DNA of 64,000 nt, taken from assembly GCA_030141605.1 (NCBI GenBank), contig JAQGDQ010000994.1, positions 1-64,000 on the forward strand. The letters run 5' to 3'. This stretch comes from Tubiluchus corallicola. Taxonomy: Eukaryota; Animalia; Priapulida. The notes beneath the pieces are model-generated. The model made no database searches. It was not told where the DNA came from and worked only from the letters and a program-made list of their open reading frames with translations. How positions within the stretch are numbered: the stretch's first letter is position 1; the number at the start of each line of letters is the position of its first letter. Shown piece after piece: positions 25,001 through 39,100 of the stretch. The position numbers and the translations under genes were made by a program.

Positions 25001-28000
25001 AAGTAGTCAAACCACCATTTAACCCAACGAACAATTAGACAAGCAGTCAAACAAACATTTAACCTAACGAACAATTAGACAAGTAGTCAAACAACATTTA
25101 ACCTAACGAACAATTAGACAAGTAGTCAAACCACCATTTAACCTAACGAACAATTAGACAAGTAGTCAAACCACCATTTAACCTAACGAACAATTAGACA
25201 AGTAGTCAAACAACCATTTAACCTAACGAACAATTAGACAAGTAGTCAAACCACCATTTAACCTAACGAACAATTAGACAAGTAGTCAAACAACATTTAA
25301 CCTCACAAACAATTAGACAAGTAGTCAAACAAACATATAGCCTAACGAACAATTAGACAATTAGTCAAGCCACCATTTAGCCTAACGAACAATTAGACAA
25401 TTAGTCAAGCCACCATTTAACCTAACGAACAATTAGACAAGTAGTCAAACCACCATTTAACCTCACCAACAATTAGACAAGTAGTCAAACCACCATTTAA
25501 CCTAACAAACAATTAGACAAGTAGTCAAACAAACATATAGCCTAACGAACAATTAGACAAGTAGTCAAACCAACATTACTCACAAACACTTAGTCAAATA
25601 AACATTTAGCCTCACAAACAATTAGACAAGTAATCAAACAAACATATAGCCTAACAAACAATTAGACAAGTAGTCAAACAAACATATAGCCTAACAAACA
25701 ATTAGACAAGTAGTCAAACAAACATATAGCCTAACAAACAACTAGACAAGTAGTCAAACCAACATTTAACCTCACAAACATTCAGCATCACATACAATTA
25801 CGCTGTTCAAGCTGTTCTATTACAGTCCTAAAGTCTGCTAGCCGTTGTTCATATTTCTGTGAGACAGTTGACAAGGTGTCTTGATTACGGTGCTCACTCT
25901 GCTCCATGTGTTTCTTAAGAGCAGCCACCTAAGAGGAATGATACAGAAAAATATTTTTACTTATTACTAAATAATTGTTTATATGGACGTTATTGCACGT
26001 GATTTTTGTATTAGGAAAAATGGCATTAAATCGTACCTACTGAAATTGTGAAAGAACCAGTAAAAACACGTGACCTCTAAGAAACTAATTAATCAAATTT
26101 TGAGGTGTTTGACACTTTTTACTAACTGATATCACTCGTCATACACAGATTAAAATGTTTGCATGGGCATTTTCCTCATTAGCAAACGCAATGGCCGACT
26201 TGTGAGAATCTAGTATAGTAGTGGAGTGGTTGAATGTTTATAGTCTCAAAAATGACTGTAGATTGTTCCAGGACTGGACAGTTTCAAAAAATATGAAAGC
26301 TACAAAATGTTCCTTGCATGTCAATATTTTTGGGATCTTTGGTGGATTACTGATCAAATAATGCGAATCAATCATTTGTTATTTTGTTTAAAGTTGCTCA
26401 ATGCTTCGTCTTTTATACACTCATGCTAGCTTTATTGAATTGTGGAAATAGCTATAAAATTATTCAAGATTTTTAAAAAAATGTGACATTTCGTTTGTAA
26501 ACGTTTTCACTGAATATGCATTTCTGAAAGTGAACCGATTTCCCGGAGACTCCAATATGAATGGAAACTGTCGGAAGTGTCACCACTCGTGCTTTTTGTC
26601 ACTAAAGTCACCACCACTAAGTCACTTTCAACTTCGTCCTTTTTCTCCTTTCTTTTTCAAAACCAGCATCCAAGGAAATGTCTACAAAACACTAATGTTT
26701 GTGGCAAGACTGGAGCCTAGTTTCTTATCAAGACAAACTCTAAGATGAGCCAAGAACATCCCTCTACGATGTAAACAGCCAGAATCTGCATGTAAACGAA
26801 GCCGCCCAGAGTCAGCACGGAAGTCACTCATCCATCAACTGATCGACTTCAGTGCTGATTATCTTCGGTTGAGAAGAGCAGAAAACATGAACGTAAATGA
26901 TTTAAATATGCAGAAGATGAAACCAGAGAAATAAACACTTGCCTCCCTTTCCAATCTACTGGCTTCTTCCGTTGCTCTGATGCTACTTTCTCTCACTTTC
27001 AATGCATCCTTTTCCGACACCTCCAACTGGCTTCGCAAATTTTGAATGATGATACTGAGCTTCTCTCTCTCCTAAATAACAGCAATTTATACACATCATC
27101 CCAATTTCATTGGAACAGCAATGGGAATATGATGAACAAATCGTCAGTTTTTGCTGATAACGGCAACGGTTCTTTAGCACTGTGTGAACATGTACAGTTG
27201 TTCACACACGACAACCTTCCAAATATGATTTACAAACTGTACCAACTATTGCCTTTCGATTGTCACTTCATAAAAATAAAATGTGTTAAATTTATGTGGG
27301 AATAAAAAGAAATCAAATTTGAAGCAAAACTAGAAAGCATGAATAATTTGTGAACTTGATTTTGCACGTATAAATACTATATGAAATGACCAGACGGTTT
27401 AGTCCAGTGGTAACGCACCCGCTTTCCATCTGGGAGGTCGTGAGTTCGAACCAGCGGCCGGGTAATACCAAAGACTTTAAAAATGGTACCTGCTGATGCC
27501 CTGTCTGACACATGGTATTTAGGGTAAAAGTGGGGTAATAATAGTCTCTGTTATGTAGTTGTAGATTGTTATTTACAGTCGGCGATACTAGCTCTTTGAG
27601 CTAATGTTAATTGTTGACCCAAAAGCCGACTTTAAATAAAGATTATTATGATGATTATTATTATTTTATTATTATTATTATTATTATGGAAAGTAACTTT
27701 GTCTTATATTAGTAAATAAAAGGCCTATGTAACTCCAACAGACACTGAAGTTTTTTAACGTCTTATCATGATTATGCAAAGAATTCATAGTTATTATTAA
27801 ACAAAAGAGACTTATCAGTTAAATAACTTAGCCTTCTCTAGCGAATTTCGAATGCGTGCATTGCAGTAAAGATCGCCATGTTTCCCATCTTTGACGCGAG
27901 TGAGCGAGAATGACATAAGAAGTCAGAAAACATCTTTGGCTACCAATGTTTGTTTACCGATCTTTGGTGAGCTCGTGACTGTACTCATGACGTCATTCGT

Positions 28001-30084
28001 CTCGTGACTGTACTCATGACGTCATTCGTCTCGTGACTGTACTCATGACGTCATTCGTCTCGTGACTGTACTCATGACGTCCTTCGTCTCGCGACTGTAC
28101 TCATGACGTCGTTCGTCTCGTGACTGTACTCATGACGTCCTTTGTCTCGCGACTGTACTCATGACGTCGTTCGTCTCGCGACTGTACTCATGACGTCATT
28201 CGTCTCGCGACTGTACTCATGACGTCGTTCGTCTCGCGACTGTACTCATGACGTCATTCGTCTCGCGACTGTACTCATGACGTCATTCGTCTCGCGACTG
28301 TACTCATGACGTCGTTCGTCTCGCGACTGTACTCATGACGTCATTCGTCTCGCGACTGTACTCATGACGTCGTTCGTCTCGTGACTGTACTCATGACGTC
28401 ATTCGTCTCGTGACTGTACTCATGACGTCATTCGTCTCGTGACTGTACTCATGACGTCATTCGTCTCGTGACTGTACTCATGACGTCATTCGTCTCGCGA
28501 CTGTACTCATGACGTCGTTCGTCTCGTGACTGTACTCATGACGTCGTTCGTCTCGCGACTGTACTCATGACGTCATTCGTCTCGTGACTGTACTCATGAC
28601 GTCATTCGTCTCGCGACTGTACTCATGACGTCATTCGTCTCGCGACTGTACTCATGACGTCATTCGTCTCGCGACTGTACTCATGACGTCATTCGTCTCG
28701 CGACTGTACTCATGACGTCGTTCGTCTCGTGACTGTACTCATGCCATCATTCGTAATGGGTTAAGAAACATGGGTTCTTTTTTTCGCACAAATTTAACAC
28801 CAAATTTTAACACACACATAGAAAATCAGAAGAAACAAGTTTTACAGAAAGTTTATAATAAAATAAATTTTATATTCGTAATGAGGGTGGGATTTTACGT
28901 TGCAAAAGTTTATATTATAGTGAAGGTTCAGTTTGACTTGACAATGAAAATGCTGAACTTTTCTACATATAACCACTATTCCAGCAGCTGAGACACTTAC
29001 CTGCATTGCGATGTTCTCTGCTTCCTTAGCCAAATGTTTCTCTTTGGTCACTTCCTGTAACGCCAGCGTCCTTTCCCGTTGTGCTTGCACAATCTCACTC
29101 TTCACTCTTTCAGCATCCTGTAAAATTCAATGATGCGATGTGAGCTATAGTTTAAACTAAGATCTCTAACGAAACCAGTACTTAACTGGCCGTATTCTCC
29201 AACTATTGGCTTCATTCATCTGAATGTTGACTCACTTCTGATGGTAAAAAGTCTTAGATTGTCATTATTAGTCGCTGTCCATCATGGTTAATTATTTTCG
29301 TTATTTAACAAAAAAAATGTAATAAAGTTTTCACTTTGATTTTTAATTAAGTTTCTCAACATGTTTAACAATGTAGCAGGAGTAATAGATTTCCTGATAA
29401 ATTCTGGTTAGCACACGTACACTATAAACCTACAATCAAATATGTCTGCTTGAAGAGAATGAAATAAAATTGAATGAAACAGAATAGAATAGAGAGCAAT
29501 AGAAGGGGAGAAAGGAAGAGAGGGTAGAGAAAAGAGAAAGGAAGGGAGATGAGGGGAGGAGAGAGTGGAGAATGGAGAGGAGAGAAGTGAAGAGCAGAGC
29601 AGGGAAGGGAAGGGAAGGGAAGAACAGAGCAGAACAGTGAAGCAAAGGGAGGGGAGGGGAGGCGAGGAGAGGAGAGGAGAGGAAAGGAGAGAAGAGAAGA
29701 GAAAAGAGAGAAGAGAAGAGAAAAGGAGGGGAGGGGAGAGGAGAAGGGAAGGGAAGAGCAGAGCAGGGCAGGGAAGGGAAGGGAAGGGAAGGGAAGGGAA
29801 GAGAAGAGAAGAGAAGAGAAGAGAAAAGGAGAGAAGAGAAGAGAAGAGAAGAGAAGAGAAGAGAAGAGAAGAGAAGAGAAGAGAAGAGAAGAGAAGAGAA
29901 GAGAAGAGAAGAGAAGAGAAGAGAAGAGAAGAGAAGAGAAGAGAAGAGAAGAGAAGAGAAGAGGAGAGAAGAGAAGAGAAGAGAAGAGAAGAGAAGAGAA
30001 GAGAAGAGAAGAGAAGAGAAGAGAAGAGAAGAGAAGAGAAGAGAAGAGAAGAGAAGAGAAGAAGAGAAGAGGAGAGAGAGAAAG

Positions 30085-30150
<66 letters not shown>

Positions 30151-33100
30151 AAGAGAAGAGAAGAGAAGAGAAGAGAAGAGAAGAGAAGAGAAGAGAAGAG
30201 AAGAGAAGAGAAGAGAAGAGAAGAGAAGAGAAGAGAAGAGAAGAGAAGAGAAGAGAAGAGAAGAGAGAAGAGAAGAGAAGAGAAGAGAAAAGAGAAGAGA
30301 AGAGAAGAGAGAAGGGAAGGGAAGCGAAGGGAAGGGAAGGGAAGAGAAAAAATAATAGAACTAAACAGAGTAAAATACAAAAGAATGGAATAAAATACAT
30401 GTAAAATAGAAATTTATTTTATCTAGACAGATAAAAACATAATTTCCGTTGCAAAGCAAAAGGAAAATAGTTGATTATATTACAAACACAACATATCAAA
30501 CACTTACAGTGAAATTTAAGCATTTTAAATATAAAGAGGTATTAACATAAACGATTGTATATTTTACCCGAGACAAGTTTTCTTGAGATCGTCTGATGGA
30601 GTCTTTTGATTGTTCCAGCTGTTTTAAGAAACTGACCTTCTCACGACTGACCTTGTCCAGTTGACACTGAGCTGCAGCCAGAGCAGCGTTTGACTCAGAC
30701 AGCTAGTAAACAAAAATCAATCATTTATAAACTAACTTTCTTTGTGTCTGCTTGTCAAGTTGAAAATGCAGCATTTCACTCACATAGCTAGCACAAAAAA
30801 TCAATAAATTCTTCAATAAATGACTTTCTAGGGACCGACTTTGTCTAGTTGACACTGTGTAGCAACCAAAGCAGCATTTGACTCAGAAACTGGGAAGTAT
30901 AGCTCAATGGTAGCGTGCTTGCTTTCCACCTGGGAGGTCGCGGGTTCAACTCCTGACCGAGTCATACCAAAGACGTGAAAAATGGAACTGCTGGTACTTC
31001 GACCAAGCACGGGGGTTTATCGATTTACCATGCAGATAATAATAATTGGGACCACCTTGGAAATAAGTATCGAGTTACTTAAGGTGTTATCTCTGGACTC
31101 AACAAAATTATTAATATTATTGTTGTTGTTTCAGTTGTCGTTGTCATCATAATTATTATTATTATTACTACTACTATTACTATTACTATTACTATTACTA
31201 TTACTATTACTATTACTATTATTATTATTATTATTATCATCATCATCATCAACATCGTCATCATCATCATCATCATCATCATTATTATATCTAGTAAAAA
31301 AACAATTATTAATGGGCCAATATAAATGTGTATATAAAAAGTAAAATGAATTAATTCAGTTTAAATAGCCCTTGGTTAACACATGAGTAAAGAATTATAA
31401 GCAGACCTGTCCAACAGTAAATGTCTAACATGGAAGACACTTTTCTACATACGCACAGTTCAACGTTGAAAAATAACATCAACCCACAAACGTAAAAACT
31501 ACTACAATAAACTTCGTCGTGATGATTAATATTAACGCGTTTTCTGTTGTGAAGTCTTGTTTTTCATGAGCATGAAAAGAACAAAGTAAAAGAGATACTG
31601 GCACAAATAAAATTTAAGCACTTATTTAAATTGTAAAACTGCCTGAAATGATTACAATCACTGTTCCTTCTACCATTCTTTTCCATAAATTCCTGCACTG
31701 ATTCGTTGAGGGACTTATCACATGTTCCTTTGGGGTTAAATCTTGAATGTGTGTCAGTTTGCCCAATGTAAGTGAAACTACAATCCATACAACAGCTTCA
31801 TTGACAAACAACAGTAGAATATAACAACAGCTTCATTTACAAATAATAGTAGAATATAACAACAGCTTCATTTACAAACAATAGTAGAATATAACAAGAG
31901 CTTCATTTACAAACAATAGTAGAATATAACAACAGCTTCATTTACAAACAACAGTAGAATATAATAGCTTCATTTACAAACAATAGTAGAATATAACAAC
32001 AGCTTCATTTACAAACAATAATAGAATATAACAACAGCTTCATTTACAAACAATAGTAGAATATAACAACAGCTTCATTTACAAACAATAATAGAATATA
32101 ACAACAGCTTCATTTACAAACAATAGTAGAATATAACAACAGCTTCATTTACAAACAATAGTAGAATATAACAACAGCTTCATTTACAAACAATAGTAGA
32201 CTATAACAACAGCTTCATTTGCAAACAATAGTAGACTATAACAACAGCTGATACCGAATCATCAATTCCAATTTCTGTTTTACAAAAATGGCTGTGTAGG
32301 ATATAAGAAAGCACAAAATGAGACAAATAAAAAGATTAAGGTTACCCGTAATTCAATTTGCTCCACTTCCCGCTTTCCCTCCTGCCGGACCAACTCCCGC
32401 TCGTGCTCCACGTGCACCTCCATCTCTTGAATCATGGCACCCATTCTCTCCCGTAATCTTTCCATTTCTGATCTCACCTGGTCCTTTTCCATCAATGCCT
32501 TTGCACAACAGAAAAACTGAGTTTGAATAGCGCAAAACAAAATACAACATACATAATACATGCAACAAAATACAACATACATAATAGATGCAACAAAATA
32601 CATAATACATACTACATGCAACAAAACACAACATACATAATACATGCAACAAAATACAACATACATAATACATGCAACAAAATACATGATACATAATACA
32701 TGCAACAAAATACATAATACATGATACATGCAACAAAATACATAATACATACAACAAAATACACAATATGTGCAACAAAATACAAAATATATAATACATG
32801 CAACAAAATACATAATACATGCAACAAAATACAAAATACATAATACATGCAACAAAATACATAATACATGCAACGAAATGCATAATACATAGACTCATTC
32901 TAACACGATCACAGCTTTAATCACATCTAACATTTCACGAAGAAAAAATTTTAACTAATGAACATCATAACGAAAATTGTTAGGGAAAAACTTCTGATTC
33001 TCAAAGCTGTGAAAACGTTATTAAGTTATACAACTAGAAATTGACATTGCAGTGCTATGAGCGTAGCAGAAGAAATTAACTCATAAGCCACGATCAACAT

Positions 33101-36100
33101 GGATAAGTCTTAATTATCGGCAAGAAACAACACAAAATGCATTAAACAGATGTGTATCTATGTACCTGATAGTATAGATGTTACAATATAATTCCTCGTG
33201 ACTTGTTAAGGATTGTTTTTTTATTTGATTGTAAAAGCTAACAGGCTTAATACTTGTGGGCAAAGTTTAATTCAGTAACACCTCTCCCACCTGTTTCCAT
33301 GCCCAAGAGAATCATACAGCCTGACCTACCTACCTACCTGTGCTTTTTCAACCTGTGCTTGTTCAACTAACTCTAAGCTTCTGTTCACGTGATGCTGACC
33401 TACCTACCTGTGCTTTTTCAAGCTGTGCTTGTTCAACTAAGTCTAAGCTTCTGTTTACATGATGCTGAGCTACCTACCTGTGCTTTTTCAACCTGTGCTT
33501 GTTCAACTAACTCTAAGCTTCTGTTCACGTGATGCTGACCTACCTACCTGTGCTTTTTCAAGCTGTGCTTGTTCAACTAAGTCTAAGCTTCTGTTTACAT
33601 GATGCTGACCTACCTACCTGTGCTTTTTCAAGCTGTGCTTGTTCAACTAACTCTAAGCTTCTGTTTACATGATGCTGAGCGTTTTCATCGCATTTCTTCA
33701 ACTCTGCAACCGTTGTCCTCAGGCTTGTAACCAGAGCCAGCGCCTCGTCCCTTTCACTAAACAAAATAACGGCAGCCGTTATACAAGGCCTTAAATTATC
33801 AACATCTAAACACTTGTAAGTTAACCAGTGTGGCTGCGCCCAGTCCAGGCAAAGAAACAACAAGAATTAGTATTGAACTGTGCGATAGACCTGCAATTTA
33901 TTAAAATAACAGATCGCAAAAAGTGCTTAAGAACATGCTAAAGGTTATTACTATTTAGACAAAATAAAAAATTAGATTTAAGAAGACTGAAACACAAATT
34001 ATTACTTCATGATTCTAGAGATTTGAAGCAATTCTAGCCAATTTAAACTATTAACTAATTATTAAAGTAGATGGTGACTTACATTTACTGGTGACAACTT
34101 TAGCTTGAAAATACAACTAGTGACTGTTAAATTGTAACAAAATAGACAAAACAATGCAAGTATCACCAAACGGCATGATCAGCATAGCGGCAACAGAAAA
34201 TCTAACTACGTGTAAAAACAACTGTGATTGATAGGTGGCGTATATTACTAAGGCTTAGGTCACGTGACTAAGGCTGGCTTCGTTTTAAACACTTTTAGGA
34301 AATGCATGTTTGTAAAAATACGAAAAAAACAAATAATTATGGAATGCTAGATTAAATTACTTGACACCAACATCCAGTAAATTAAAAAAAAAATAACTCA
34401 GTTTCCATGAGAGAGAAAGAAAAAACAAAGACAAATTCCATTACATAAGTGGAACCTTGTTACAACTGAAACTCGCTACAGTCGACCATCGTTAAACCGG
34501 ACCCCGTTTAACGGATAAGACGGACGTCAACCGTGGTAAAGGAAACTGACCGATTTCCGACCCGGTCACGGCCTACCAACTCACCACGATATACATATAC
34601 TATACTTTTTATTATTTAAACTGTACAATAATTTCTTTATCCTCACAGGTTAACTATTTTAAAGTAATATACAGTATACTATATAGTGCACAGTATATAG
34701 TGCAATGTATGTAGGCCTTATTAAGGTGATTATTCCTGTATAATATAGACCATATATAGGCATATCGGATAAATCGGACAATCAGCTAAACCGGACCCCC
34801 CCCCCAATTAGTCCGGTTTAACGAGGGTTGACTGTATTTACTCGCTTGAGAAACAAGAAATGCAAAAAAGTGCTACTAAAACTCTAATTCAATGTACCAA
34901 AATGCGTCATAACAAACACAAAATTGCAGTTACATTCAGTTACGCTTCACTAGATCTTTCCGCTGTATGAAAGTTGCAAACAGAGCAAAATAAACCCTCC
35001 CAAATAAGCCTTTTCACAGTTTCATTGTGCGCACGTACTGTTGCTATAGATCAAAGGCTAAGTGTACCACAGCAACGCGTTCTTAACTACAACTGCCACC
35101 TGACATGTGGGTAAAGCAAAGCCTTTTGCCACATCGGTTCAGTAACTTCAGTTGTTTTACCTAGATGTTACTTAACTATGCATTAGTCTGTGCATAGAGT
35201 GATTTACTAGCAGGACCTTGTTTGTGAACAAGAAAAATGAACTAGGCAAGATTCTAGCTAGCTGTTAAAACTGTTACTATTAGAGGCGCATAGGCTGTGA
35301 AGGCATTGTCGAGTGTACACAAATGCGTTGGCTGGCTACAGTTAACCTTTGACCTTTTCACGATCATCATCAATCGCTGGAACTTTGAAAAGGCTTGTTA
35401 GATCGTCAATCCCTTGTTTAGGCAATGTGTTACATGCCAATGTCTTAAACGTATGTAAATTTGTCTTAAACAATGTCTAAAGCATACCTAATAAGTTTAG
35501 TTATCTACCTTGTAAGTTTCTCGATTGTCTCTTCATGTTTCGGGAGGGTTATTACAGGTAACGAAGCCTGTTCGTTCGCACACTTGACACAGAGTTTGGC
35601 TTCAAACTGACCTTTGCCAGCTTTCATCAGTGCTAACTCGTAGGATTTCAAGCGAGCCGTCAGACTGATGTTGTCTGATTCCGCTTTATTGTAATCATGT
35701 TTCATTCTCTGTAGCTGCGCTTCCAACCGTTCATTCTTCACAATGTGCAGGTTGCGAATAACTGCCTAAAAATACATGTTTGCATGAGTATAATTGCCTA
35801 AAAATACATGTTTGCATGAGTATAACTGCCTAAAAATGCATGTTTGAATGAGCATAACTGCCTAAAAATGCATGTTTGAATGAGTATAACTGCCTAAAAA
35901 TGCATGTTTGAATGAGTATAACTGTCTAAAAATGCATGTTTGAATGAGCATAACTGTCTAAAAATGCATGTTTGCATGAGTATAACTGCCTAAAAATACA
36001 TGTTTGAATGAGCATAACTGCCTAAAAATGCATGTTTGAATGAGTATAACTGCCTAAAAATGCATGTTTGCACGAGTATAAATGTCTAAAAATACATGTT

Positions 36101-39100
36101 TGCATGAGTATAACTGTCTAAAAATGCAGGTTTGAATGAGTATAACTGCCTAAAAATGCATGTTTGAATGAGTATAACTGCCTAAAAATACATGTTTGCA
36201 TGAGTATAACTGTCTAAAAATGCATGTTTGCATGAGTATAACTGCCTAAAAATGCATGTTTGCATGAGTATAACTGCCTAAAAATGCATGTTTGCATGAG
36301 TATAACTGCCTAAAAATACATGTTTGAATGAGCATAACTGCCTAAAAATGCATGTTTGAATGAGTATAACTGCCTAAAAATGCATGTTTGAATGAGTATA
36401 ACTGTCTAAAAATGCATGTTTGCATGAGTATAACTGTCTAAAAATGCATGTTTGCATGAGTATAACTGCCTAAAAATACATGTTTGCATGAGTATAACTG
36501 CCTAAAAATGCATGTTTGAATGAGAATAACTGCCTAAAAATGCATGTTTGAATGAGTATAACTGCCTAAAAATGCATGTTTGCACGAGTATAACTGTCTA
36601 AAAATACATGTTTGCATGAGTATAACTGTCTAAAAATGCAGGTTTGCATGAGTATAACTGCCTAAAAATACATGTTTGCATGAGTATAACTGCCTAAAAA
36701 TGCATGTTTGAATGAGCATAACTGCCTAAAAATACATGTTTGCATGAGTATAACTGCCTAAAAATACATGTTTGCATGAGTATAACTGTCTAAAAATGCA
36801 GGTTTGCATGAGTATAACTGCCTAAAAATACATGTTTGCATGAGTATAACTGCCTAAAAATGCATGTTTGCACGAGTATAACTGTCTAAAAATGCACGTT
36901 TGCATGAGCATAACTACCTAACAATACATGTTTGCACGAGTATAACTGTCAAAAAATGCATGCTTGCATGAGTATAACTGTCTAAAAATGCAGGTTTGCA
37001 TGAGTATAACTGCCTAAAAATACATGTTTGCATGAGTATAACTGCCTAAAAATGCATGTTTGCACGAGTATAACTGTCTAAAAATGCACGTTTGCATGAG
37101 CATAACTACCTAACAATACATGTTTGCACGAGTATAACTGTCTAAAAATGCACGTTTGCATGAGCATAACTACCTAACAATACATGTTTGCACGAGTATA
37201 ACTGTCTAAAAATGCATGTTAGCATGAGTATAACTGCCTAAAAATGCATCTTAGCATGAGTATAACTGCCTAAAAATGCAGGTTTGCATGAGTATAACTG
37301 CCTAAAAATGCATGTTTGCACGAGTATAACTGTCTAAAAATGCACGTTTGCATGAGCATAACTACCTAACAATACATGTTTGCACGAGTATAACTGTCAA
37401 AAAATGCATGCTTGCATGAGTATAACTGTCTAAAAATGCAGGTTTGCATGAGTATAACTGCTTAAAAATACATGTTTGCATGAGTATAACTGCCTAAAAA
37501 TGCATGTTTGCACGAGTATAACTGTCTAAAAATGCACGTTTGCATGAGCATAACTACCTAACAATACATGTTTGCACGAGTATAACTGTCTAAAAATGCA
37601 CGTTTGCATGAGCATAACTACCTAACAATACATGTTTGCACGAGTATAACTGTCTAAAAATGCATGTTAGCATGAGTATAACTGCCTAAAAATGCAGGTT
37701 TGCATGAGTATAACTGCCTAAAAATACATGTTTGCATGAGCATAACTGCCTAAAAATGCATGTTTGAATGAGCATAACTGCCTAAAAATGCATGTTTGAA
37801 TGAGCATAACTGCCTAAAAATGCATGTTTGAATGAGCATAACTGCCTAAAAATGCATGTTTGAATGAGTATAACTGCCTAAAAATGCATGTTTGAATGAG
37901 TATAACTGCCTAAAAATGCATGTTTGAATGAGCATAACTGCCTAAAAATGCATGTTTGCATGAGTATAACTGCCTAAAAATGCATGTTTGAATGAGTATA
38001 ACTGCCTAAAAATGCATGTTTGAATGAGCATAACTGCCTAAAAATGCATGTTTGAATGAGTATAACTGCCTAAAAATGCATGTTTGCATGAGTATAACTG
38101 CCTAAAAATGCATGTTTGAATGAGCATAACTGCCTAAAAATGCATGTTTGCATGAGTATAACTGCCTAAAAATGCATGTTTGAATGAGTATAACTGCCTA
38201 AAAATGCATGTTTGAATGAGTATAACTGCCTAAAAATGCATGTTTGCATGAGTATAACTGCCTAAAAATGCATGTTTGAATGAGTATAACTGCCTAAAAA
38301 TGCATGTTTGCATGAATATAACTGCCTAAAAATACATGTTTGCATGAATATAACTGCCTAAAAATACATGTTTGCATGAATATAACTGCCTAAAAATACA
38401 TGTTTGCATGAGTATAACTGCCTAAAAATACATGTTTGCATGAGTATAACTGCCTAAAAATACATGTTTGCATGAGTATAACTGCCTAAAAATACATGTT
38501 TGCACGAGTATAACTGCCTAAAAATACATGTTTGCATGAATATAACTGTCTAAAAATACATGTTTGCATGAGTATAACTGCCTAAAAATACATGTTTGCA
38601 TGAGTATAACTGCCTAAAAATGCATGTTTGCACGAGTATAACTGTCTAAAAATGCACGTTTGCATGAGCATAACTACCTAACAATACATGTTTGCACGAG
38701 TATAACTGTCTAAAAATGCATGTTAGCATGAGTATAACTGCCTAACAATGCAGGTTTGCATGAGTATAACTGCCTAAAAATACATGTTTGCATGAGTATA
38801 ACGGCCTAAAAATGCATGTTTGCACGAGTATAACTGTCTAAACATGCACGTTTGCATGAGCATAACTACCTAACAATACATGTTTGCACGAGTATAACTG
38901 TCAAAAAATGCATGCTTGCATGAGTATAACTGTCTAAAAATGCAGGTTTGCACGAGTATAACTGCCTAAAAATACATGTTTGCATGAGTATAACTGCCTA
39001 AAAATGCATGTTTGCACGAGTATAACTGCCTAAAAATACATGTTTGCATGAATATAACTGCCTAAAAATACATGTTTGCATGAGTATAACTGCCTAAAAA

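Noticed and set aside
27388-27470. tRNA gene (also at 30893 and 44195)
   Set aside because: The tRNA-like head runs into a shared core and microsatellite tail, and copies have diverged; these are SINEs.
29408-30404. Leu/Phe/Ser-rich and Arg/Glu/Lys-rich ORFs
   Set aside because: (GAGAA)n microsatellite translations.
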